51,330 nt of DNA from Candidatus Troglogloeales bacterium (GCA_005239595.1 SBBT01000043.1:1-51330), one strand, 5' to 3'; numbered from the stretch's first letter, positions 36,947 through 45,806 are shown. Notes: generated by a model not told the origin, from the letters alone. Made by a program: numbers and translations.

Positions 36947-38689
36947 ATGGAATTCTCACGCCTTGTCCACTACTTCCATCGGATTGAAGAGACAACCAAG
37001 CGGCTATCCATGTTCGATCTCCTGGCAGAGCTTTTTCGCGAGGCCGATGTCGCCGAAACTGACAAAATTATCTATCTGGTGCAGGGCGAACTCCTTCCCC
37101 CTTTTCACGGAATCAACATTGGGATGTCTGAGAAATATCTTCTTCGGGCCATTGCAAAGGCAAGCGGAATAACCTTAGACGAGGCTTCAGACCAATACCG
37201 ACGCATGGGCGATATGGGGGCGCTTGCGGAAAAATATACCTCCGGCGAGGGGAGAGGCCTGTCGGTCTGCGAGATCTACCTTGCAATCGATCGGATTGCG
37301 GCGATGGCGGGAAAAGGGAGTGTCGACCGTAAGATTGACGCGGTCTGCGAACTTCTGGCCTCCGTTTCGGCGATGGAATCCCGGTATCTCATCCGATTTC
37401 TGTCGGGAAGGCTAAGACTCGGCGCGGGCGATGCCACCATCCTGGAGGCATTGGCTCTTGCAAAAGGAGACCGCGCCTATCGGCCGCTGCTGGATCGGGC
37501 TTACAACCTTACCTCCGACCTGGGGTACGTGGCAAAAACCTTTTTCCAATCAGGCGAAGCGGGAATTGGAAATATTTCGGTACAATTGGGATATCCGATT
37601 CGCCCCGCCCTCTGTGAGCGTGCCCAATCGCCGGAAGAGATGATCGAGAGGATGCAACGATGTGTCATTGAAGTTAAATATGACGGCTTCCGCTGTCAGG
37701 TCCATAAGGATCGAAACGGGGTAGCCATCTTTTCAAGAAACCAGGAGCGCACCACGCCGATGTTCCCGGAGATCGTCGAAGAGATCACCCGGCGACTTCC
37801 AAACGAGGAGATCATTTTAGAAGGAGAGGCACTCGCCTACAACGAACAAACGGGCGACCTTCTTCCGTTCCAGACCAGCATCCAGCGTAAACGTAAACAT
37901 GGCGTTGAGGCAATGGCCAGACAATATCCCTTGAAATTCTATCTGTTCGACCTCCTCTATTTCAACGGAAGCGATTATACCAAGTATAGATATACAGACC
38001 GGCGCGAAAAACTGGCGGAAATCCTTCAGAGGCACCCCGTGCAAAATCCCGTCATGATGCTTTCCGAAGCGATCGAAACGGACGACCCTAAAGTCATCCG
38101 GAATTTTTTCGACGCCGCTGTCGAGCGGGGACTCGAGGGAATCATCGCCAAGCGGCCCGATTCCCCATACACTGCCGGTTCGCGCAATTTCAACTGGATT
38201 AAACTGAAGCGAAGCTACAAGGGAGAGCTTGCCGATTCGGTCGACCTTTGCATCATCGGTTATTACGCGGGAAAAGGCCATCGCGCCCAATTCGGAATCG
38301 GGACCATTTTGTGCGCCGCTTATGATCCTGTCTCGGATTCCTTTAAAAGCCTTACCAAAATCGGCACCGGATTTTCAGAAGAGGAGTTGGGGCAGATGAA
38401 GGGACTCCTCGATGAAACCGCGTCTTCCACCTGTCCCTTAAACGTCGATTCAGCGGTTCTGCCCGATGTCTGGATCTATCCCAAACATGTCGTGACGGTA
38501 ATGGCCGATGAAATTACCCGCTCTCCCAACCACACCGCCGGAAAAGACGCCGAGGGAATCGGCTACGCGCTTCGGTTCCCCCGTGTAATCGGCTTCATCC
38601 GCGCCGACAAACGGGCCGAAGACGCCACCACCGTCCCGGAAATCATTCGGATGTTTGAAAGACAAAAGCACGTCAAGACTGCGTCTTAA
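36947..38689 (+). CDS. lig: ATP-dependent DNA ligase, three-domain (DBD-NTase-OB) Lig1/archaeal-like type
   Basis: 580-aa ORF. An N-terminal domain of about 220 aa precedes motif I EVKYDGFRC (Lys243). Also present are LEGEALAY, FYLFDLLY, EGIIAK, WIKLK and motif VI LRFPRVIGFIRADK. Confidence 0.9.
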   Translation: MEFSRLVHYFHRIEETTKRLSMFDLLAELFREADVAETDKIIYLVQGELLPPFHGINIGMSEKYLLRAIAKASGITLDEASDQYRRMGDMGALAEKYTSGEGRGLSVCEIYLAIDRIAAMAGKGSVDRKIDAVCELLASVSAMESRYLIRFLSGRLRLGAGDATILEALALAKGDRAYRPLLDRAYNLTSDLGYVAKTFFQSGEAGIGNISVQLGYPIRPALCERAQSPEEMIERMQRCVIEVKYDGFRCQVHKDRNGVAIFSRNQERTTPMFPEIVEEITRRLPNEEIILEGEALAYNEQTGDLLPFQTSIQRKRKHGVEAMARQYPLKFYLFDLLYFNGSDYTKYRYTDRREKLAEILQRHPVQNPVMMLSEAIETDDPKVIRNFFDAAVERGLEGIIAKRPDSPYTAGSRNFNWIKLKRSYKGELADSVDLCIIGYYAGKGHRAQFGIGTILCAAYDPVSDSFKSLTKIGTGFSEEELGQMKGLLDETASSTCPLNVDSAVLPDVWIYPKHVVTVMADEITRSPNHTAGKDAEGIGYALRFPRVIGFIRADKRAEDATTVPEIIRMFERQKHVKTAS

Positions 38690-38695
38690 CCAACC

Positions 38696-39115
38696 ATGAT
38701 CCAGCAATCCGACGAAATCGTCTTCAAGACATCCGGGCGGGCGCTCTACGACATCACAAAAGAGGTCGCAAGCTGGGTAAAAAAGCAGAACATCCAAACG
38801 GGTCTTCTGACCCTCTATATCCCACACACCTCGGCCTCTCTGCTGATTCAGGAAAACTATGATCCTGAAGTGTTGCGCGACCTGGAGCGATTTTTCAATC
38901 GACTGATCCCACAGGGAGATCCCCTCTTCCGCCACACAACCGAGGGATCGGACGACATGCCAGCCCATGTCCGTTCCGCCCTAACCGCCACCACCCTTTC
39001 GATTCCGGTGAGACGCGGCCAGGTTTCTCTCGGAACCTGGCAGGGGATATTCATCTACGAGCACCGCACCGCAGGACACGTCAGAAAGATACTGTTCCAT
39101 CTGATGGGTGAGTGA
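38696..39115 (+). CDS. yjbQ: YjbQ/UPF0047-family protein (secondary thiamine-phosphate synthase)
   Basis: 139-aa ORF. LLTLYIPHTSASLLIQENYDPEV...GSDDMPAHVRSAL...GTWQGIFIYEHR is the characteristic UPF0047 pattern. Confidence 0.85.
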   Translation: MIQQSDEIVFKTSGRALYDITKEVASWVKKQNIQTGLLTLYIPHTSASLLIQENYDPEVLRDLERFFNRLIPQGDPLFRHTTEGSDDMPAHVRSALTATTLSIPVRRGQVSLGTWQGIFIYEHRTAGHVRKILFHLMGE

Positions 39116-39196
39116 AACAACCCAAAAAAATGTTTTTGTGGCTTCCGGGTTTAAATGGATCTTTGTTTGAGTTAGGATGGTCGCCACAGAAGGAAG

Positions 39197-39900
39197 GTGG
39201 CAGCCATGGAAGACCGGGTAGGTATGCGTAGGACCGAAATAGGCGGATTAAGAGCGGTAGCAGTGTTATCGATTGCAATTACTCATATCGACAAGACACT
39301 TCTGCCGAATGGTTACCTTGGCGTCGATATCTTTTATGTGATATCTGGATTTGTTATCACTCAATCCCTGCTCTCGCGTCAGTACAGTTCCTTTAGGCAT
39401 TATATCCTCGGTTTTTACCAGAGACGAATAAAGCGGTTAGTCCTGCCCTTTTCCTTTGCATTGCAATGACAACCCTATTTGTATGGCTGGTTGTTTCACC
39501 AAAATCACCCCTCTCCTGGGTTTCCCCCCGGACTGGAGTGGCAGCCCTTTTTGGCCTTTCCAACCTTTATCTCGGAAGACAGGCTGTCGATTACTTTGGC
39601 CCTTCAGAAAAATTAAATCTTTTTACCCATACATAGTCTTTGGGCGTTGGAAAACAATTTTATTTGTTGTTTCCTCTTCTCCGCTGGTTTAGTGGTCTGC
39701 CGCAAAAAAGAACAGGGGCCTTCAGAAGGTTTTCTTTAATCATTAGTGTAACCGGAATCGCTTCGCTTATATCCTATATCTGGTTGAGCAAGACAAATCC
39801 AGTCATGGCATTCATCATGCCGACGCGTTTTTGGAAACTTGCACCTAGGTGCCGGTGCGTACATGGCACTGATGCGGTCATAACAAACAACGTATACATG
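39197..39900 (+). pseudogene. Decayed acyltransferase-3 (OafA/YrhL-like) gene
   Basis: The N-terminal part is intact (GLRAVAVLSIAITH...GYLGVDIFYVISGFVIT...FYQRRIKR). A frameshift near 39435 follows. An in-frame TAG at 39634-39636 replaces the Trp of the conserved HTWSLGVE-QFYLLFP motif (reads HT*SLGVGKQFYLLFP). A further frame break follows, and the 3' part runs into the convergent gene. Confidence 0.7.
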
Positions 39901-39967
39901 CCACAAGTCAGTATCGTATATCATACTGCTCTGTATTTGTTAAAACGCCATCTGGAAAGTGGATCGC

Positions 39968-42394
39968 TCATTGTAAGAGAGGCAGCAGCGCCTCCGGAGA
40001 TGCTGGTTCGCCCAATAATCGGCCGGAAACCACATCACACTGGACGGCCCGCAAGAACTCCAGCTGCGCTTCTGTCTCAACCCCTTCGGCAAGGACCTTT
40101 ATCTTGAGGCTATGGGCCAATCCGATCATGGCTGAAATCTCTCTACTCGAACAGTCGTCCGTCATCTTCCTCACAGAAGAAGGTGTCAACTTTAAGATAT
40201 CGATCGGGAAAGGTTTTATAAAATACACCGGAGGAGAGAGGGCCCCAAAATCATCGACGGCCAGTTGCACCTCCAACCGTTTCAGTTCTTGCAGGGTCGC
40301 GACCGCCACATCAGGATGCTGCATGATTCCGCAGGGAAGTTCTAGCACCAAACTGCGTTGAGGGATACCCGTTTCTTTTAATACCCTGAAGATAATCTCG
40401 GCGATATTTTTTTGTTTGAACTGATGCCCCGAGAGATTCACCATCACATAGAGCGGGGCCTGCAGTCCGATGGAACGCCACGATTGACCTTGGGCACATG
40501 CGACACGGAGCGCCCATTCTCCAATCGACGCCATCAATCCCGTTTCGTCTGCCACGCGGACAAATTCGTCGGAAAGGGGCAAACCGAGATTCGGACGCTG
40601 CCAACATAAACAGGCCTTCACGCCAACGACTTGACCTGTCGCAAGATCGATCTGCGGCCGATAGCGCATTGCAAACCCCTCCCTTTCTAACGCATGCCGC
40701 AGCGCATTTTCCATCTCGAGTCGGCAAGAAGCGGCCACGTTCATTTCCGCCGTGTAGAACTGATAGTTATTTCTCCCGCGTTCCTTGGCAAGATACATGG
40801 CCGCATCCGCATTTTTGATGAGGGTTTCGACGTTGTCTCCATCCGTCGGATACAGCGCGATTCCGACGCTGGCTGTTATAAAACGCTCACGGCCGGAAAG
40901 AGAAAATGGACGGGCGATGGCATCAAGGATCTTCTGCGCCACCCTGGCGGTGCTTCCGATTTGTGTCATGTTGGCGAGCATGACTGTAAATTCATCGCCT
41001 CCCAGACGGGAAACGGTGTTACTCTTGCGAACGCAACCCAATAGCCTTTCGGAAACCGATTTAAGCAACTTATCTCCGATAGCATGTCCCAGGGAATCAT
41101 TGATAATCTTAAATCGGTCCAGATCTATAAACAAAAGGGCCACCTGCCTCTTATTCCGTTGGGCAAAGACCATGGCTTGGCTGAGGCGTTCATAAAGCAA
41201 GGTGCGATTGGGCAGACCGGTCAGGACATCATGCAAGGCCAGGTAATGAAGGCGCTCCTCCGCCCTCTTTCGTTCGGTAATATCTCGAAAACTCGACACC
41301 CTCCCCACCGGCCTTCCATCGAGCATCTGTGGTTGTGAAAATCGCTCAAACACCCGTCCATCTTTAAACTCAATTAAATCAAAACCTTCTGACAACGGCT
41401 GAGCATAGAGCTTCCTCATCTTCGATAGAAACTCCTCCGGCCGTTTGAGCTGATCCAGAATATATGCCACCCATTTTTGGTGCTCCCTTATCTTGAGAAC
41501 TTCCGGTGGAATCCGCCACATTTCGACAAACCGGTTATTGACACTGGTTATTTTTCCGTGAAAATCAACGACAAGAATTCCATCTGCCGTCGATTCAATC
41601 GTTGATAGGAGGAGCGATGCCGTACGTTTTCTCTCCTCCTCGCCACGCTGACGTTCGGTGATGTCCCTTAAAATAACGGTATGAAATAGGTCCCCTCCTA
41701 CTTCCACTTCAGAAACGGACACCTCGATAGGGAATTCCCTCCCATCGGCCCGGATTCCTTTCGTTTCAATCGGTTCTGATGCTGGGCCCTCCTTTTCCTC
41801 CGGGGTCGCAAAAAACCATTTCGACCAAAAGGGGATAAAACGATCGAGCGGTTGGCGGATCGCTTCATCTGCCGGACAACAAAACATTTTTTCAGCCGCC
41901 GTATTAAAAATTGAGACGCGCCCGCTTGCGTCAATAGTGATAATCGCATCCATGGCGGAGGCGATGATGGAAAGCAGCCGTGCTTCAGACTCCGCCAACG
42001 CCTGTTTCGTGCGCACCTGCGTCAGGACACAGTCGACCGCTTCAGGGAGATAATCAAGATACTCCAGGGATTTGGTGACAAAATCACTGACACCGGCACG
42101 CAGCGCATTTATGACCGTTGTCTCATCACCCTTTCCCGTCACCATGATCACCGGAATATCGCAGCCGGTCGCTTTCAATTCTTTATAAAACTCCAGGCCT
42201 GTCACGCCATCGGGCAGACAGTAATCCAAGACAATCAAGTCGATCCCGCCATGCAGGATCCGCTCTAACGCCTCTTTAGGTTCAGCAATCGTCACCACAC
42301 CATATCCGGCCCGTTTAAGACGAATCTGCTCCAGACGGGCGACACCGGGATCGTCCTCAATCACCAGGATCGTCTTCGGCTTTGCATCAGCCAT
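39968..42394 (-). CDS. Response regulator: REC-PAS-PAS-GGDEF-EAL (EAL degenerate)
   Basis: 808-aa ORF. The REC domain has Asp57 (LIVLDYCLPD), Thr (VIMVTG) and Lys (DFVTKS). Two PAS-like segments follow. GGDEF is intact (RLGGDEFTV). The EAL-type domain has KAC in place of EAL and other substitutions. Confidence 0.9.
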   Translation of the reverse strand: MADAKPKTILVIEDDPGVARLEQIRLKRAGYGVVTIAEPKEALERILHGGIDLIVLDYCLPDGVTGLEFYKELKATGCDIPVIMVTGKGDETTVINALRAGVSDFVTKSLEYLDYLPEAVDCVLTQVRTKQALAESEARLLSIIASAMDAIITIDASGRVSIFNTAAEKMFCCPADEAIRQPLDRFIPFWSKWFFATPEEKEGPASEPIETKGIRADGREFPIEVSVSEVEVGGDLFHTVILRDITERQRGEEERKRTASLLLSTIESTADGILVVDFHGKITSVNNRFVEMWRIPPEVLKIREHQKWVAYILDQLKRPEEFLSKMRKLYAQPLSEGFDLIEFKDGRVFERFSQPQMLDGRPVGRVSSFRDITERKRAEERLHYLALHDVLTGLPNRTLLYERLSQAMVFAQRNKRQVALLFIDLDRFKIINDSLGHAIGDKLLKSVSERLLGCVRKSNTVSRLGGDEFTVMLANMTQIGSTARVAQKILDAIARPFSLSGRERFITASVGIALYPTDGDNVETLIKNADAAMYLAKERGRNNYQFYTAEMNVAASCRLEMENALRHALEREGFAMRYRPQIDLATGQVVGVKACLCWQRPNLGLPLSDEFVRVADETGLMASIGEWALRVACAQGQSWRSIGLQAPLYVMVNLSGHQFKQKNIAEIIFRVLKETGIPQRSLVLELPCGIMQHPDVAVATLQELKRLEVQLAVDDFGALSPPVYFIKPFPIDILKLTPSSVRKMTDDCSSREISAMIGLAHSLKIKVLAEGVETEAQLEFLRAVQCDVVSGRLLGEPASPEALLPLLQ

Positions 42395-42614
42395 TACATC
42401 TATCCATTCCTGTAAAGGTTTACTTAAATGGCAAGAGAAGGCTCACAACTCCTCCTTTTCCGATTGGTCAGAACGGTTATCACTTGCAGAAAGAGCCAAA
42501 AACGCCTGATCCCTCGGAGAAATCATCATAGCCCACTTCCGCTGAATGAGAATATCCTTCGTCATCTTTGGCCATCAGGATTGTCACCGATTGTGTCAGC
42601 ATCGCTCGTTAACG

Positions 42615-44816
42615 TCAGGACAGGGGTTGCGCAGGCAATCTCACGAAGAAAGTACTTCCAGCCCCTTCGGTCGATTCCACCCAAATATCCCCTCCATGCC
42701 GATTCACAATACGGCGAACAATCGCAAGCCCAATTCCGTTGCCTTTAGCAATCTCGGGGTGAAACCTCTGAAAGAGATGGAACAGCTTGGGTCTTGCCTT
42801 TTCAGGAATACCGACGCCATTGTCCTTCACATAATACGTATGGAAGCCGTTTTCCCCTGCCTCCGCGCCGGCGGCAGCCTGTAGATGGCCAACCTCGATA
42901 AAAACCGGCCGCTTCGGATCGACATAGGCCATCGCATTTCCGATGAGGTTTGCAAAAACCTGTTCAATCGCGGTGGGGTCTCCCAGGGCGAACGGCAAAT
43001 CGTTCAGCGCCACCTTCGCCCCCCGTTCGGAGATCGTCATCTGCATCGAGGCCAAGATGCGGCCGATCATGCCGTTGAGATCAAGCGGCTCGGATCGATA
43101 TTCCACCCTGCCTTCTCTGGATAAACGTAACAGCCCATCAATAATGTTACTTACCCGTCCCACAGCTGTCTGAATAAAACGGACCATTCCTGTCATCTCA
43201 TCAACGAGGGCCAGACCGCGCGTTTTTTCAGCCGCGGGCAGGTTGCTCTCCGTAAAGATTCCCCGGATATCCTGGCTGACATAGCTTAACTCCTTGCTAA
43301 AACCAACCAGGTTCAAAAGGGGGGAACGAAGATCGTGCGAAACGCCGTAAAAAAACATCTCATTTTCATCGTTCTTGCTTAATAATTCACGATTGGTCTG
43401 GGCCAGCAACAAATTGGCGGCATTCAGCTGGGTCGTCCGATCAGATGCCTCTCTCGTTTTCTCCTGGAGGCTATCCATCAGTTTATTAAATACTCTGGCC
43501 ACAGCCCCCGCTTCGGTCTCCGGTTCAACATAAACCCTCTTCGAGAGGTCATGGGTTTGATGGATACCATTAATATCGTCCGCCAACTTGTGCCAGAAGG
43601 TATGGACACCATGCTCCGAAACGTTCAATCCGCTCTCTTCGCTCTCGGGGCTTACCCGCAGCGGGTAGAAATACCGGTCCATCAGTTTCATGATGAGCCA
43701 TACGATAGCGAAGGTGTAAATAAAACAGACCGTCATCCCAAGCATCTGTACCAGGATCTGCCGGACGCGGCCTCCATCCGTCAAGAACACCTCTTTTGCA
43801 AACAGGGCGACAGAAAGCACGCCCCACATCCCGCAACCCAAGTGCACCGGCACAACCCCGATAGCATCATCGACGCGGAATCGGCTCAGCAGCGCCCCGA
43901 CGCGATTAACGACCACCCCCGCTATAACACCAATTATCAATGCCGACACCGGAGAGACAAAAGGACAAGACGCCGAAATTGCAACCAGCCCGCCCAAAAG
44001 ACCGTTTAGAATCGCCCCCAGATCAAGTTTTTTTTTAGTCTTTTCCGCCCAGGTCAAGGCAAGGGATGAAAGTGCCCCTCCGCAGGCAGCCAGGTTCGTG
44101 TTGATGAGAATAATCCCTATCCTGTTTGTTAAGGAAAGGTTCACGCCGCCCGTCATTCCAAACCATCCGATCCAGATGAGCCCCCCTCCAAAAACGCTTA
44201 ACGGAAGATTACTGCCCCAAATTTTATTGACCGTTCCGTCCAGATTATATCTTCCCATCCTCGGTCCAAGAATGGTGAGGCAGGCAAGTGTGGTGGCGCC
44301 TCCCACCATATGAATTACGCTGGAACCGGCGAAATCTTTATATCCCATCGCCGCAAGCCACCCCTGCGTCAGCCCGGCATCCCCTCCCCACACCCAATGG
44401 CCAAAAACGGGATAAACGAGAGTGGCCGTGACAAGACTCACACAGAGACACCCGCCGAAACGCATCCTTTCTCCCACGCCGCCCGAAATAACCGAAATCG
44501 CCACACCGCAAAGCGCTCCATGGAAAAAGAGGACTCCATAGACCCATCCCTCCTGGTCTACGAAAAAGTATTTACCGAGCAACCAACCATCCGTTCCAAA
44601 CCATCCGGTTTGGCTTGTTCCAAACATTACGGAAAAACCGACAGAAAAGAAGGCAATCGTGGCCACCATGAAATTGACCATGTTTTTCATTGCGACATTG
44701 ATGGTGTTCTTCTGGCGAACGGCCCCGACTTCTAAACAAAGGAAACCCGACTGCATCATCAAGACCAGCAACCCACAGACCAACAACCAGATCATATCCA
44801 TCTGCGTATGAGACAT
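42615..44816 (-). CDS. Ammonium transporter (Amt) domain fused to a histidine kinase
   Basis: 733-aa single ORF. The Amt signatures are MQSGFLCLEVGAVRQKN, DFAGSSVIHMVGG and VPVHLGCGMWG. They are followed by HisKA (SHDLRSPL) and HATPase_c (NLIGNAMAY, DNGVGIP, GNGIGLAIV). Confidence 0.88.
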   Translation of the reverse strand: MSHTQMDMIWLLVCGLLVLMMQSGFLCLEVGAVRQKNTINVAMKNMVNFMVATIAFFSVGFSVMFGTSQTGWFGTDGWLLGKYFFVDQEGWVYGVLFFHGALCGVAISVISGGVGERMRFGGCLCVSLVTATLVYPVFGHWVWGGDAGLTQGWLAAMGYKDFAGSSVIHMVGGATTLACLTILGPRMGRYNLDGTVNKIWGSNLPLSVFGGGLIWIGWFGMTGGVNLSLTNRIGIILINTNLAACGGALSSLALTWAEKTKKKLDLGAILNGLLGGLVAISASCPFVSPVSALIIGVIAGVVVNRVGALLSRFRVDDAIGVVPVHLGCGMWGVLSVALFAKEVFLTDGGRVRQILVQMLGMTVCFIYTFAIVWLIMKLMDRYFYPLRVSPESEESGLNVSEHGVHTFWHKLADDINGIHQTHDLSKRVYVEPETEAGAVARVFNKLMDSLQEKTREASDRTTQLNAANLLLAQTNRELLSKNDENEMFFYGVSHDLRSPLLNLVGFSKELSYVSQDIRGIFTESNLPAAEKTRGLALVDEMTGMVRFIQTAVGRVSNIIDGLLRLSREGRVEYRSEPLDLNGMIGRILASMQMTISERGAKVALNDLPFALGDPTAIEQVFANLIGNAMAYVDPKRPVFIEVGHLQAAAGAEAGENGFHTYYVKDNGVGIPEKARPKLFHLFQRFHPEIAKGNGIGLAIVRRIVNRHGGDIWVESTEGAGSTFFVRLPAQPLS

Positions 44817-44874
44817 AGGAACCCCAGACGGTCGATTTTCCTTCTTGGACCGTCTAACTTTACTTAAATGCCCT

Positions 44875-45708
44875 CTACTCTTTTCGCCACTCCGGACCTA
44901 AGTCCGTAATAATGTAGCTCCCCGATGTTTTATCTTTTTCGAGCACCAGAAACTTGCGTCTCTCGGCCTCTTCCAAGAGGAGGCTAAATGATCGAAAACC
45001 GTAATAGGATTCGTTAAATCCAGGTTTTCGTCTGCGTAGGGTCTGTTTGACCATCGATCCCCAGACCTTCTCCTTCTCTCCCCGTTCATTAAATATTGCC
45101 TCGGAGGTCTCTAACACCATCTGAACCGCCTCCTGTTTTTTGGCCTCCCGTTTTTCATCATCCATTCCGCCGATGACCTTGGCATTCGATGTCCTGGGGC
45201 GGCCTCCCCTCGCTTTTCCCTGATCCGTGCTCTCTCGAACGAGATCGTCATAAAAAACAAATTCATCGCAATTGGCAATCAGGAGGTCGGAGCTTGAGTT
45301 CTTTACGCCAACGACAATCACCATTTTATTGTTTTCACGCAGTTTGCTGACGAGGGGCGAAAAATCAGAATCACCGCTGATCACCACAAAGGTATTGATG
45401 TGCGACTTGGTATAGCAGAGATCCAGGGCATCGACCACCATCCGTATATCGGATGAGTTTTTCCCGGACTGGCGGATATGCGGGATTTCGATCAATTCAA
45501 AGGCCGCTTCGTGCATTCCCTCTTTGAACTCCTTATATCGATCCCAATCGCAATACGCCTTCTTGGAAACAATATTCCCTTTGAGCAAGAGCCGCTCAAG
45601 CACCTTCTTGATATCAAATTTCGCGTAACGCGCATCGCGCACGCCGATGGCGATATTTTCAAGATCGCAAAAAACCGCTATATTAGATGTGTTCTCTCCT
45701 GCCCCCAT
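44875..45708 (-). CDS. NYN-domain (LabA-like) protein with C-terminal OST-HTH/LOTUS domain
   Basis: 277-aa ORF. The NYN pattern is IAVFCDLENI...SGKNSSDIRMVVDALD...VVISGDSDFSPLVSKLREN. The C-terminal segment GSMVKQTLRRRKPGFNESYYGFRSFSLLLEEA resembles OST-HTH. Confidence 0.78.
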   Translation of the reverse strand: MGAGENTSNIAVFCDLENIAIGVRDARYAKFDIKKVLERLLLKGNIVSKKAYCDWDRYKEFKEGMHEAAFELIEIPHIRQSGKNSSDIRMVVDALDLCYTKSHINTFVVISGDSDFSPLVSKLRENNKMVIVVGVKNSSSDLLIANCDEFVFYDDLVRESTDQGKARGGRPRTSNAKVIGGMDDEKREAKKQEAVQMVLETSEAIFNERGEKEKVWGSMVKQTLRRRKPGFNESYYGFRSFSLLLEEAERRKFLVLEKDKTSGSYIITDLGPEWRKE

Positions 45709-45741
45709 TCAAATTCCTTTCGTATTTCCTGTGAAAGAGGA

Positions 45742-45771
45742 TTGCCCCTCCGGTTAAGGGCATGCTACAAT
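45742..45771 (+). promoter_or_regulatory. Candidate sigma70-type promoter of purQLF
   Basis: TTGCCC (45742-45747), 18-nt spacer, TACAAT (45766-45771), 36 nt upstream of the GTG at 45807. Confidence 0.4.
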
Positions 45772-45806
45772 GCGCTGCCTTTAATTAAGACCGCCCCGAG
45801 GATGAA

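Noticed and set aside
42477-42602. 41-codon minus-strand ORF (MLTQSVTILMAKDDEG...) in the spacer between the Amt-kinase and regulator genes.
   Set aside because: No SD upstream, it starts 13 nt after the kinase stop, and it has no distinctive features. It cannot be supported from sequence alone.
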